The notes beneath the pieces were generated by a model. That model worked only from the letters and a program-made list of their open reading frames with translations. It had not been told where the DNA came from and did no database searches. A DNA stretch of 64,000 nucleotides from a virus, in IMG/VR virus record IMGVR_UViG_3300040809_000464, positions 1-64,000 of that record. The stretch is one strand, 5' to 3'. The translations under genes and the position numbers were made by a program. Positions 36,253 through 46,334 of this stretch are shown one piece after another; the stretch's first letter is position 1, and the number at the start of each line of letters is the position of its first letter.

Positions 36253-36504
36253 ATGTCAAGCGCGAATTATGTTGTAGACGACACAGCTTATACATTAGTA
36301 TCAGCTACAGATAATGTGTTACAGAATAAATCTTCTGTGCATGTTAGAGTTATATTCTCTACAGTGCTTCCTGCTGTAGATGATGATAGTTATTTCTCAA
36401 TACCACCCAATCAAGGTTTTGTTACCAAAGATGCACTCCCTGTAGGAAACACCTATGCAAGAGCTGAAGAAGGTACTGCTAACGTTGTGGTCGGGGAGGG
36501 ATAA
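36253..36504 (+). CDS. Putative virion protein
   Basis: GAGG RBS; beta-rich. Confidence 0.6.
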   Translation: MSSANYVVDDTAYTLVSATDNVLQNKSSVHVRVIFSTVLPAVDDDSYFSIPPNQGFVTKDALPVGNTYARAEEGTANVVVGEG

Positions 36505-36506
36505 CT

Positions 36507-36656
36507 ATGATTCTTATTCAAGAATACTTAGTCAATTGGATTATCAATCCAGAAGAACTTATTACTAGAACTACTCCTACTTTTCCTTGGATTTTAGATA
36601 CAGGGCAATGGACGGACTCTGCGTTCTGGTTAGATAATTCAGTATGGATAGACTAA
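36507..36656 (+). CDS. Small Trp-repeat protein (49 aa, absent from the ORF track)
   Basis: GGAGG RBS; ...WILDTGQWTDSAFWLDNSVWID; abuts both neighbours. Confidence 0.65.
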   Translation: MILIQEYLVNWIINPEELITRTTPTFPWILDTGQWTDSAFWLDNSVWID

Positions 36657-36657
36657 T

Positions 36658-38070
36658 ATGGCTAAGATATCACAAGTAAATAACGGTGATACTGGCTTAG
36701 TATCCCGTAATAAATTAAACGAAGCAATTGAAACTGTAGAAGTAGATGGAACCACTGTAGCAGGCGATGGTAACGTAGGGACACCTCTTAACGTATTATC
36801 TACAGGTTTGGATGCTGATCAGATCCCTTTCACATCAACCACTCCCAATATAACCGAGACAGAGTTAGGTCCAGCTTTAAACCAAATAGGTAACAGAGCA
36901 GCTAACTTAACAAAGGTTATCAATACAGAAGCAGACTTCCCAGCTCCAGTTAGTGGTGTTATCACATTAGAAGATAACATAAACTACATTATTGGTCAAC
37001 CTATCACAACAGCTAACAGGTTTGTCTTAGGAGCTAACAATTCTATAACAGCACGTAACCCGCTTATACCATACCTAACTTACACTGGTACTGGTACAAT
37101 GTTCACAGGTACAGATACACCCTTAGAGATGTCTGCTATAGCTATCAACTGCCCTAATGCTGAAGCTTTTAATATTACAGGAACTAACTTTGGTACGTTT
37201 GTATTATTTACTAAGGTGCTTGTAATATTCGCGCAGAAGTGGGGAACCTTTACTAATACAGATACACTTGATATATCTAACTCAGGAAGTCTTTCTGTAG
37301 AAGATGGTATCTCACTAGGTGGTAGCTTATATTGGAAGCTTCTCACTATAGACCGTTTAAGTATTAAGACAACTAATGCCTCTGCTATTGCTTTAGATGT
37401 TGGTGGTTCTGTACACCCTACTTTCAAGGTAAACTCTTTAGAGGTTGAAGGTGTACCGGGTACTATAGGTATATCTGGTTTAGCTAATTCAGCTAACATT
37501 ACAGCAGGTACTATAGCAGCAGTTAATGATGGTGGTTTCTTAGGAGGTATGACACCTCTTAGTGGTATAGATGTAGATGATATTAGATGGTCTTTTGCTA
37601 ATAATTCTAATCTGGAGAATTCTGTAGTAGCAGCAAACCCTTATGTAGACCCTTTAGCATCACCTCTTACTGTACCAATCACTACAGTAGGGACATTTGT
37701 AAAGATTAATCAGGGTGCGTGGTTATCTACAATTAGTAAGAAGTTATCTGTAACTACTAATGGTGATGTAGTTAATGATACAGAAATACCTCTTCAGTTG
37801 GACTGTAATGGTTTCGTAACTATGGAGAAGTCTGGTGGAGGTAGTGATGAATTGGCTGCTAGATTGGTGATCAATGACCTACCTAACGATACAGCTTCAG
37901 TAGTTACAGAGAACTCTACGCAGAATACCACACCTACTAGTGTACCCCTTGTCGGCTTATTCACATTGCAACCGGGTGATACTATCTCACTGTACGTAGC
38001 TAACTTAGATGGTACATCTGATGTAATAGTACATAATGCTAAGTTCGTAAACTTCAGACTATTCCAATAA
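36658..38070 (+). CDS. Fibre/spike-like virion protein
   Basis: NNGDTGL..R.KLN fibre-type N-terminus, beta-helix-like middle, beta-sandwich C-terminus. Confidence 0.65.
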   Translation: MAKISQVNNGDTGLVSRNKLNEAIETVEVDGTTVAGDGNVGTPLNVLSTGLDADQIPFTSTTPNITETELGPALNQIGNRAANLTKVINTEADFPAPVSGVITLEDNINYIIGQPITTANRFVLGANNSITARNPLIPYLTYTGTGTMFTGTDTPLEMSAIAINCPNAEAFNITGTNFGTFVLFTKVLVIFAQKWGTFTNTDTLDISNSGSLSVEDGISLGGSLYWKLLTIDRLSIKTTNASAIALDVGGSVHPTFKVNSLEVEGVPGTIGISGLANSANITAGTIAAVNDGGFLGGMTPLSGIDVDDIRWSFANNSNLENSVVAANPYVDPLASPLTVPITTVGTFVKINQGAWLSTISKKLSVTTNGDVVNDTEIPLQLDCNGFVTMEKSGGGSDELAARLVINDLPNDTASVVTENSTQNTTPTSVPLVGLFTLQPGDTISLYVANLDGTSDVIVHNAKFVNFRLFQ

Positions 38071-38101
38071 CATTTAAAATAAAATTAAAAAGGAGACTCT
38101 C

Positions 38102-38167
38102 ATGGGTTCTACAACTACACCTAAACGTGGCGGCGGTACTAAACCTAAAAAACCTTCTAACCGTTAA
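38102..38167 (+). CDS. 21-aa basic peptide
   Basis: Strong AAGGAG RBS; MGSTTTPKRGGGTKPKKPSNR. Confidence 0.5.
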   Translation: MGSTTTPKRGGGTKPKKPSNR

Positions 38168-38186
38168 CTTAATATTGTAGGTCAAG

Positions 38187-38720
38187 ATGGATATACAAGC
38201 TTTCCTAAATACACATTTAATAGACTCTATCTTTATTAGTTTATATTTAATATTAACGCTGATTTATATAAAGTCTAGGAAGGCTTTTATTCCTCTAGTG
38301 TTATCGATTTCAGTAGGATTACCTCTATTCTTTGTAACTAAATATGTAGAGGTATTTGAAAGTATTGAGCATATGTGGAGGTTCTACTTCATAATGACAA
38401 TACTAGACTTTGGAGCTTTCTCAGTAGTTACATCTTCATATATAGATCTTAAAAAGAGAGCAGGCTTTTATATAAAGTTTGGATGTGCTTCTCTAATGAT
38501 AGCATCTTTCTTCTCTCTAGTAGAGACAGCGTTTAACATAGAAAGAAACTCTATCAGTGATATCTTCTATAAGGTTATAACTCCATTAGCTCATATTCTC
38601 ATAATAGTTAACCTGTTCAGAATAGGAGATCAATGTGTCAAAGGATTACCTGATAGCAGTGTTTCTAGGGATAGTGTTAGTAATAAGAGTAGTACGGATA
38701 ATAGTGGAGGCTTACCGTGA
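38187..38720 (+). CDS. Multi-pass membrane protein (~5 TM)
   Basis: Several hydrophobic helices. Confidence 0.7.
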   Translation: MDIQAFLNTHLIDSIFISLYLILTLIYIKSRKAFIPLVLSISVGLPLFFVTKYVEVFESIEHMWRFYFIMTILDFGAFSVVTSSYIDLKKRAGFYIKFGCASLMIASFFSLVETAFNIERNSISDIFYKVITPLAHILIIVNLFRIGDQCVKGLPDSSVSRDSVSNKSSTDNSGGLP

Positions 38721-39037
38721 TGATCAATGTAATGGAGAGATTGAGTCGAGTACTAACGGAACATCCGATTACTGATAAACTTACAGTGCAGACTACAGCG
38801 ATTGCTTCTGGAGCTGGTACTGTTGCAGTGGATACGATGGTACAAGCACAACCTGAAATGTGGTTTGGTTTTACTATAGTTGATTGGGCTGCAATCTTCT
38901 CAATCTGTTTGGCGTTAATAGCTCTAGGGAAGGAAGTCTTTAAAGGTATTAGAACGTTTAAGAATTTTCTTGAGAAGAGAAAACAAAAGAAATTAGAAGA
39001 ACAACAAGAAAAGGAGACTCCAAGCAATGACTTGTGA
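38717..39037 (+). CDS. Holin-like small membrane protein
   Basis: 1-2 TMs plus highly charged C-terminus; GTG-ATG dual start. Confidence 0.5.
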   Translation: MMINVMERLSRVLTEHPITDKLTVQTTAIASGAGTVAVDTMVQAQPEMWFGFTIVDWAAIFSICLALIALGKEVFKGIRTFKNFLEKRKQKKLEEQQEKETPSNDL

Positions 39038-39515
39038 TATTTCTCCACCAGACTTTACTACAGAACTTGGTAAGGTCAGATACTATTCGGGTGATAGAAC
39101 TCTTAATGAGAATGGGCAGTATATCATCCCCGATGCAGTGATATTAGAAATACTAGATATGTATGCTGATAAGCCTTCCTCTTGGAGAGTTTACTACGCT
39201 ACATTAGATACACTCTTAATGATGAAAACAACCTTTGCCCCTTATGCAGCTAGAAGCAGAGAACGTGAAGGTAGTGTTGAGGTTGAATTGTATGGTAATG
39301 AACGTTATCAGAATATCTGTGACCTGTATGATTGGTTTAGGAAGAAGCCTGACATCATCGTTAAAGACGCTGTACAAGGTTCTATCATCATAGGTGGTGT
39401 TCGTATAGATAAATACTGTGATGTATTGACTGATGCGAATGGTCTTTATAAAGGCTCTCGTATTGATGATATCTATAAAGTTCCAGTTACTTCTAAGGCT
39501 CATAAACAACCATAA
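39027..39515 (+). CDS. Head-tail adaptor / head completion protein
   Basis: VRYYSGD motif, position before neck genes. Confidence 0.6.
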   Translation: MTCDISPPDFTTELGKVRYYSGDRTLNENGQYIIPDAVILEILDMYADKPSSWRVYYATLDTLLMMKTTFAPYAARSREREGSVEVELYGNERYQNICDLYDWFRKKPDIIVKDAVQGSIIIGGVRIDKYCDVLTDANGLYKGSRIDDIYKVPVTSKAHKQP

Positions 39516-39532
39516 GAATAAAAGGATAAGTT

Positions 39533-40006
39533 ATGTTGAAAGCATCCCTAAGAACAACAGTTACACATGACTTAGACGAAATAATAAGAAACTTAGAAGA
39601 ACTAGACAACACAGAGGTTTCTGCTGGATATTACGACAGTCAAGAACATCCAGAACATGACCTTACAGTGCCAGAGATAGCAACGATAAACAACTATGGC
39701 TTCTTCAATGTACCTCGCAGACCTTTTATGTCTGATGCAGGGCAGGATAATATAAAAAAGACTACGGAATATATTGGAGAAGCTATCGTAGATGCTATAC
39801 AGAATAAACCTGTAGATGATGACCTTCAAAGAGCTGCTGATAACTTAAAACAAAACATACAAGCTCGTATCCTTACTAATGATTATGAAGAGAATAGAGA
39901 ACCTTATAAATCATTCAAGCAAGAGGTATATGGTCATACTAAACCTTTAATAGCTACAGGGTATATGAAAGATAATGTGAATACAAGAGTAAAGAAAGGT
40001 GGATAG
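39533..40006 (+). CDS. Neck / tail completion protein
   Basis: IATINNYG...VPRRPFM...KPLIATG.M signature. Confidence 0.75.
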   Translation: MLKASLRTTVTHDLDEIIRNLEELDNTEVSAGYYDSQEHPEHDLTVPEIATINNYGFFNVPRRPFMSDAGQDNIKKTTEYIGEAIVDAIQNKPVDDDLQRAADNLKQNIQARILTNDYEENREPYKSFKQEVYGHTKPLIATGYMKDNVNTRVKKGG

Positions 40007-40393
40007 ATGATTTCAGGATTTCCTACTACAATGGGTTCGTGGAGACCTAAGCTACTACCAAGATTTACTTACCAAGCATACCACTACCAAGAAGTCACTG
40101 ATGCAAGGGGTCGACCTTTAGCGCCAATCACAGAAGAATTTACAATAGAGAATGCTTCAGGACTTCAACCTGTGGATGGTGATGTGCAGATGACTTTACC
40201 AGAAAACCTTAGAGATAAGGAAGTCTTCTGGTTTGCTACAACTACTCCTGTCAACACTGTAATGAACTTCACTGTAGAGTTATCTGATAGAGTAGTTGTT
40301 AATGGAGTCACTTATATAGTAATACGTAGTAAGAACTGGACCAGTAAGGTTAAGAACCATTATGAGATTTTAGTAGTGAGAGAGGATACATAA
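40007..40393 (+). CDS. Head closure protein
   Basis: LQP.....LPE..R pattern; synteny. Confidence 0.6.
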   Translation: MISGFPTTMGSWRPKLLPRFTYQAYHYQEVTDARGRPLAPITEEFTIENASGLQPVDGDVQMTLPENLRDKEVFWFATTTPVNTVMNFTVELSDRVVVNGVTYIVIRSKNWTSKVKNHYEILVVREDT

Positions 40394-40965
40394 TGAGTTT
40401 CTATGATATTAAGGTTACTGTTGAGAATGCTGTATGGGACTTCGTTAAAGATGTCTCTCAGTATGATGATAACAACATTACCTTTGGTAAGACTAATAAG
40501 ATACGCCCAGAAGACCCTTATATCACTATAAGGTTTCTCAATGCAGAGAGGTATGCTAGAGGTAGACGAGAAGGTTACACTCCTACTTGTGAAGAACAGA
40601 CAGCAGCAGACTACAAACTACAATTCGAAATAGCTGCATTCAGAGATGACCCTACCAACTCTATAGACCCTTTCGCTACACTATGGCAAATCACTCATGC
40701 TTTTGGTCAACCCTCTCACTTACAAATTTTTAATGATGCTAATATAGGTTTCTCAGATAGTACAAACGTAATAGATACGTCTGGTGTACGTGATGGTGCT
40801 ACTTGGGAACAGTCAGGATCATTCTTCCTTACACTTAATGTTGGCGTCTTAGAGGTAGGTCGTGTACCTATTGATATTATTGAGACAGTCAACATGGAAG
40901 CAACACTTTTAGATACAGATGAATCGGTGATCGCTCAAGAGAACATATCTGTAACCAACCCTTAA
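40393..40965 (+). CDS. Tail terminator protein
   Basis: RPEDPYITI; position immediately before the sheath gene. Confidence 0.65.
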   Translation: MSFYDIKVTVENAVWDFVKDVSQYDDNNITFGKTNKIRPEDPYITIRFLNAERYARGRREGYTPTCEEQTAADYKLQFEIAAFRDDPTNSIDPFATLWQITHAFGQPSHLQIFNDANIGFSDSTNVIDTSGVRDGATWEQSGSFFLTLNVGVLEVGRVPIDIIETVNMEATLLDTDESVIAQENISVTNP

Positions 40966-41007
40966 ACATTTTAAATGTGTACACAACAATAACAATGGAG
41001 TCAATAT

Positions 41008-42366
41008 ATGGCTATAGCTGATATTAGTCAAGTAGTCAACGTCACCGTTTCACTTGATACAGCACCAATCCCACAGCAAGGTTTTGACACGGTTATGTTC
41101 TTAGGTGAACATAAAGTCTTCACTGAGCGCTGGAAGGTATATAACACTGCTGCTGATATGCTTAATGATGGTTTTGAATCTACAGACCCTTCATACTTAG
41201 CAATTGCAACTTTATCTAGCGGTCCTAACAAGCCTAAGATTATGATGGTAGGTCGTAGAGAGGTTGATAGCCTCACATATACACCTACAGTAGAGAACTT
41301 AGCAGTTTACACCTTAGAGCTTAAAGTAAAAAGTAAAGCTTTTGAAGAGTTTACTTTTACATCTGATGCTGATGCTACTGCTACAGAAATCGTTAATGGT
41401 TTGATTGCAGATTTTACAGCTAACGCTACACCAGCTTTAGCAGCAGTGGTTACTCTTACGAATGTAGCTGATGAATTAGAGGTTACAGGTACAGACGAGT
41501 GGGCAGTAAGAAATGTAACATCTAACTTAAATCCTGCTACAGCATCAAAAGTAGTAACAGAAACTATCCCTGAAGCCTTAGCTGCTCTTAAAGTAGCAGA
41601 TGCTACATGGGCATATTTCGGTATTGAATCTAGACTAGCTGTAGATGTTAACGCTGCTAGGGACCATGCAGAATCTACCACTGAGATATTTGGTTTCTCT
41701 ACCTCTGGTGCGGAAGGTAAACTACCTAATGGTAACAGCAGCCTAGATGATGCCTACGCAGACTTATCTCAATACAGTGTAGGTATCTGGAGTGCTGATG
41801 CTGCTATGTATCCTGAGATGGGAATGCTTCGTCCATTAGCTACTGTTCAGATTCCGGGTCAAACTACTCTTCACGGTCAACAGTTATATGGCATCGCTGT
41901 AGATAAAGATTCTACACTCACTAATTCTGAATCTCTTATTGTACGTGGTAAGAACGCTAACACTTATGAACTCATTGGTGGTGTTGGTTTTGTACGTGAT
42001 GGTAAGGTATTCTCTGGTGAGTTTGTTGATAACGTAGACTTAGCTCGTTGGTTTAAAGCTCGCTTACAAGAGAACGTATACCAGTTAGTAGTATCTAAAG
42101 CTCGTGCAAACACTAAAGTACCTTATACCAACTCAGGTATTGCTATGGTTGGTGATCGTATCATCGAAGTAGTTAATCAAGGGATCAATGGTGGAGTCTT
42201 TAATGGTGACTTCAATAATGGTCTAGGTTATATCTTAGAGTTACCAGCTTTAGAGGAAATCCCTACTAATGATAGAGCTAACCGTGTATTGAATGGTGTT
42301 AAGATTACAGTACAAACTACTGGTGCAATCTACACTATCAATATCGATGGTATCATCACAGTATAA
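41008..42366 (+). CDS. Contractile tail sheath protein (DUF3383-type)
   Basis: VVNVTVSL..GF...MFLG start; GEFVD...WF...LQE, KVPYT..G, DRANR. Confidence 0.9.
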   Translation: MAIADISQVVNVTVSLDTAPIPQQGFDTVMFLGEHKVFTERWKVYNTAADMLNDGFESTDPSYLAIATLSSGPNKPKIMMVGRREVDSLTYTPTVENLAVYTLELKVKSKAFEEFTFTSDADATATEIVNGLIADFTANATPALAAVVTLTNVADELEVTGTDEWAVRNVTSNLNPATASKVVTETIPEALAALKVADATWAYFGIESRLAVDVNAARDHAESTTEIFGFSTSGAEGKLPNGNSSLDDAYADLSQYSVGIWSADAAMYPEMGMLRPLATVQIPGQTTLHGQQLYGIAVDKDSTLTNSESLIVRGKNANTYELIGGVGFVRDGKVFSGEFVDNVDLARWFKARLQENVYQLVVSKARANTKVPYTNSGIAMVGDRIIEVVNQGINGGVFNGDFNNGLGYILELPALEEIPTNDRANRVLNGVKITVQTTGAIYTINIDGIITV

Positions 42367-42383
42367 TAACATAGGAAATAATA

Positions 42384-42845
42384 ATGGCACAACTATTAGA
42401 TGTAATTAATCCTTCAACGGATATAGTAAACATCTCTGGTCACGAAGTAACAGGTTTCGCTGATGACTCTATGTTAACTATTTCTCGTGATGAAGATGTA
42501 ATGCTTAAGACTGTTGGTGTACAAGGTGATATGACTTTGTATCAAAACCAAAACAGAACAGGTACTCTAACTATCAGATTGCAAGAGACTTCACCTACGA
42601 ATGATTTCTTCTCTGGTATCTTAGCAGGTATGAGAACTGGGACTATCAAAGGTGTAGTACCTTTCACTGTTATCCGTAATGGTTCTTACTCAAGTATCTC
42701 TGGTGGTCAGTGTTGGATTCAAGGTCAACCAGATCGTACATACGGTAAAGAGGGTGAAGTATATGAATGGACCTTCGGAGTGTTCGACTCTGAAGTGGGT
42801 ATTTTAGGTGCAATAGAACAAGCTCAGGATATTGCTGGTCTATAA
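42384..42845 (+). CDS. Tail tube protein (DUF3277-type)
   Basis: TGFADD, VG..G, GTLTIRL.ETSP.N, WI...P...YG......W. Confidence 0.88.
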   Translation: MAQLLDVINPSTDIVNISGHEVTGFADDSMLTISRDEDVMLKTVGVQGDMTLYQNQNRTGTLTIRLQETSPTNDFFSGILAGMRTGTIKGVVPFTVIRNGSYSSISGGQCWIQGQPDRTYGKEGEVYEWTFGVFDSEVGILGAIEQAQDIAGL

Positions 42846-42948
42846 TGTACTTATATTTCACACTATATAATTTTTAGGATTTTCGATTGTCGTGTGGTCA
42901 TGGAAGACCTTTTTCTTACACGACTTTCATTTTAAGGATTAACACGAC

Positions 42949-43380
42949 ATGACAATTCAAAACAATCAATCTCACATCAAAACCTCAAACAATACTTATC
43001 TCGCACATAGCTGGAACATGATTACACGCTTCCAGAGAATCCCCTACTTCGGTAAAATCTTAGGTATCCCATTCGCTCAGTTAGCCTCTGCTAAAGAGGA
43101 AGCAGACTTTGGAGAAGCCTTAGCAGACTCACTCTTCTTACTCTTCACTACTTTAGACGAAGTTGGTACAGTAGACCTTATCAATAAACTACTAGATGGA
43201 GTACACTCTGTCAAAACTAATCAGCAAGTGGATATTGAAGCAGACTTCGATGGTGATATGTCTGAAGTAGTAGAGTTATGTGTAGCAGCCTTTAAGTTCC
43301 AATACGGGAGTTTGCTCAAGGGAAAGTCTTTGACAGGTCTAATCGAAGTGGGGAGCGGAATAAGCGCCTTAAAGGGTTAG
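42949..43380 (+). CDS. Tail assembly chaperone (G-like)
   Basis: Between tube and tape measure; contains slippery G GGA AAG at 43320-43326. Confidence 0.8.
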   Translation: MTIQNNQSHIKTSNNTYLAHSWNMITRFQRIPYFGKILGIPFAQLASAKEEADFGEALADSLFLLFTTLDEVGTVDLINKLLDGVHSVKTNQQVDIEADFDGDMSEVVELCVAAFKFQYGSLLKGKSLTGLIEVGSGISALKG

Positions 43381-43607
43381 ACGAATACATTGAACATAAC
43401 ACAACTGTTCCTTGGTATATGGCTAGAGTGCATAACCTTTTAAGAAGTTCTCAGAATAAGAATGGACAGCTTACATATGACACTGTTATGTATAAGATGA
43501 GCCTAGAAGAGTTTATCCAAGCAGAGGAGCAGTTTGATATATTTCAGATGTATGAAGATGAGCTTGAGAAGATTGCTGAAGCGGAAGCTAAGACTAAAAA
43601 TAATTAA
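43320..43607 (+). CDS. Tail chaperone -1 frameshift extension (GT-like, ~219-aa fusion)
   Basis: GGGAAAG in the lambda G/T phase; -1 frame open from 43320 through ORF 43419-43607. Confidence 0.8.
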   Translation, partial: GKVFDRSNRSGERNKRLKGLDEYIEHNTTVPWYMARVHNLLRSSQNKNGQLTYDTVMYKMSLEEFIQAEEQFDIFQMYEDELEKIAEAEAKTKNN

Positions 43608-43623
43608 GGTAAGGTACTAGATC

Positions 43624-45669
43624 ATGGCAACAACTACAGTTAATGTTTCTGAAATTAAAAATATAGCCACGGTTGATACTAGGTCTGCCTTAAGAAAGCT
43701 TAAAGAATATAAGAAAGAGCTAGAATCTTTCAAGAACATACAAATACCTAAGATTGGTCTTCAACGTTCTCAAGCTGTTACTAAGATGGGCTTAAAGGCT
43801 CAGAAGCAAGTCAATGAAGAGTTACGTAAGCAGAAAGAACATAGGAAGATGCTTGCTAATGCGGAGAGGGAAGCTCACAGAGAGAACTCTCAACGTATTA
43901 AGGAAGCTATAAGGCTCAGGCAACAACAATCTAAAGCTGAACAGAAAGCCTTAAACGATGCTCAACGTCAAGAAGCGAAACGTAGACGTGAACACGCTAT
44001 CAAGGAAGAGAACATAGACTTCACTCGTGATAAGCTCAAGACTATGGGGGTCAGACCTGATAGTAAGCTTGCTAAGAGTGTGGAAGAATCTTCTAAGAGG
44101 TTACGTAGTGGTACTATCTCATTAAAGCGGTACAGACATGAAGTACGTATGGCTGAGATGGAGAACCGTAGATTAGCCCGTTCCACTAAAACTGTTGGTG
44201 AATCATTTAGAAGTCTTCGTTCAATGATTGTAGCTGCTACAGCCTCTATGACGTTGTTTGCAGAAGGTAGAGAGATAGTTAGTACAGGTCTTGAGATTGA
44301 AGGTCTCCACTTAGCGTTGAAAGCTATTACGAAGGATACTGGTGCTGCCACTAAAGAGTATGAGTTCTTTAGGGGTGTAGTACATCAAACAGGTCTTGAC
44401 TTACTTTCTAGTGCTAAATCATTTAAGATATTCACAGCAGCAGCATCTACTACAACATTGAAAGGTGAGAAGGCTAGAGCGCTCTTTGAAGAAACTTCTA
44501 AACAGATAGCTACATTAGGTTTGAGTGCTGATGAAGCATTCGGTATCTTCAAAGCTATGGGTCAGATAATGTCAAAGAACCGTGTTAGTGCGGAAGAATT
44601 ATCTAACCAGTTGGGTGATAGGATGCCCGGTGCTGTAGGTTTGGCAGCTAAAGCGATGAACATGACAACCAAAGAGTTGTTAGCCTTAGTAGCTACAGGT
44701 AAGCTTACTGCTGAAGAGTTTTTACCTAAGTTAACCAAAGCCCTAAAGGATTCTAATAGTGGTTTCGCTGCTATGGCTGAAGAGAGTAAACGTATTGCTT
44801 TCGGTAGGTTCAAAACAGCTATCACAGATCTTCGTAATACAATCTTCCAAGGTGGTTTCGGGCAAGGGTTGGCTGATTTAGCTAATACCATGTCAGAGAT
44901 ACTTATGAAGGCTAAACCGTTAGGTGCTTTCTTAGGTGGTACATTTAGAGGTATCCTTCTTGGTCTAGCTACTCCTGTTATGATACTAGTTGCTGCTTTA
45001 GTAGACCTAGTAAATATCCTTTCTGAAATATTCTTCGACAAAGCCTTTATAGATTTAGATAAGACAGACTTAGACCTTATAGCATTGACAGGTACTATAG
45101 GTGGACTGGCTATTGGCTTAGGTGCTTTATCTGTAGTCTTAGTTAAGATAGTTGGTATCTTCAAATCACTACGTAAAGTGGCTCTAGGCGCTAGTTTAGC
45201 TATGTGGTTAAACCCTTTAGGTATTGCAGTAGCACTGTTCATAGGTTTGGCAGCAGGTGCAGTAGTCTTTAGAGATGAGCTTAAGGGTGTTATCGAGGTA
45301 ATGGATAAACTATTTGATAAGATGGAATCACTTTCAGAGTTTGCTGACAAGTTCCAACTAGGAGAGTGGTTTAAAGGTTTGCAAAGATTCAGTGAGTTTG
45401 TATCCCCGTGGACATCTGCACAAGGTAGACTTGATATACTAAGAGATAGATGGAATGAGAGTATCAATCCTCAAGCTTCTGTGCAAGGTAATACTACATC
45501 GGTCTCATCTAGTAACACTATTCAGAATGGTACAAGTGCGGCTCCTAAGACTGATGTGACTATCACATTACAGGGTGAACAATCTTGGCTTAGTGACTTT
45601 ATCAACATCATTGTAGATGATAAAAGAGCGGATAGTGTACTTAAGATAATGAATGCAACATCTAAATAG
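43624..45669 (+). CDS. Tape measure protein
   Basis: QIMSK..VSAEELSNQLGDRMPGA tape-measure motif; Ala/Gly-rich hydrophobic middle. Confidence 0.92.
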   Translation: MATTTVNVSEIKNIATVDTRSALRKLKEYKKELESFKNIQIPKIGLQRSQAVTKMGLKAQKQVNEELRKQKEHRKMLANAEREAHRENSQRIKEAIRLRQQQSKAEQKALNDAQRQEAKRRREHAIKEENIDFTRDKLKTMGVRPDSKLAKSVEESSKRLRSGTISLKRYRHEVRMAEMENRRLARSTKTVGESFRSLRSMIVAATASMTLFAEGREIVSTGLEIEGLHLALKAITKDTGAATKEYEFFRGVVHQTGLDLLSSAKSFKIFTAAASTTTLKGEKARALFEETSKQIATLGLSADEAFGIFKAMGQIMSKNRVSAEELSNQLGDRMPGAVGLAAKAMNMTTKELLALVATGKLTAEEFLPKLTKALKDSNSGFAAMAEESKRIAFGRFKTAITDLRNTIFQGGFGQGLADLANTMSEILMKAKPLGAFLGGTFRGILLGLATPVMILVAALVDLVNILSEIFFDKAFIDLDKTDLDLIALTGTIGGLAIGLGALSVVLVKIVGIFKSLRKVALGASLAMWLNPLGIAVALFIGLAAGAVVFRDELKGVIEVMDKLFDKMESLSEFADKFQLGEWFKGLQRFSEFVSPWTSAQGRLDILRDRWNESINPQASVQGNTTSVSSSNTIQNGTSAAPKTDVTITLQGEQSWLSDFINIIVDDKRADSVLKIMNATSK

Positions 45670-45677
45670 GATAACTT

Positions 45678-46334
45678 ATGGCAGACAACCTTGTAATATT
45701 AGCTGGAGGAGGTAGGAACTTAAATGAATCTGCCTTAATACCTTCAGTAGCAATAACAGTAGAACATAGTATGTCTAATGAGATCAGTAGTTATCCTATT
45801 GAGAAGATGGCTGATGCACTACTCAACTCTAAGAAGAATAACAACATCATTACGATGTCAGGTATGTTCTCCGAGATACATTTACCTGCTGTCCTTGGTG
45901 GTGTTACTACTCCAGATGTTCTGAAAAGCACTATAGACTCTGGAGGTAACAGACCTCAAGCAGCTTTCGATTTGATTGAAAGAGTAAGGAATGACAGCTC
46001 TTATGTAGATTTAGTCACCAAATATAAGACCTATAAAGATTGTCTCATCAAGACTTTCTTAGTGAATGAGGACAGTACAACTGATAAGGTTATGAGCTTT
46101 CAGATTACCTTTGAACAACCTCGCTTCATAGTTACTACTCAACAGGTAACAGCTAATATAGTTGAATCTAAACAGGATAGTGCTAGTGATAATATCTCTG
46201 GTAATCCTGCTACGAAGAAAGAAGAAGATGAGAAAACTTTAAGGGCGTTAGGTGATGTAGGAGATCTTATAGAGGATATAGCTTCTGGGATCTTAGATAC
46301 ACTTAACCCTACAGAGGAGACACCAACACCATGA
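45678..46334 (+). CDS. Tail tube initiator / Dit-like baseplate protein
   Basis: H.....ISSYPIE..., I.MSG, F.ITFEQ; synteny. Confidence 0.7.
   Translation: MADNLVILAGGGRNLNESALIPSVAITVEHSMSNEISSYPIEKMADALLNSKKNNNIITMSGMFSEIHLPAVLGGVTTPDVLKSTIDSGGNRPQAAFDLIERVRNDSSYVDLVTKYKTYKDCLIKTFLVNEDSTTDKVMSFQITFEQPRFIVTTQQVTANIVESKQDSASDNISGNPATKKEEDEKTLRALGDVGDLIEDIASGILDTLNPTEETPTP

Noticed and set aside
44562-45467. 301-aa minus-strand ORF and other antisense ORFs in structural genes
   Set aside because: Shadow frames of codon-biased genes such as the tape measure; no RBS or motifs
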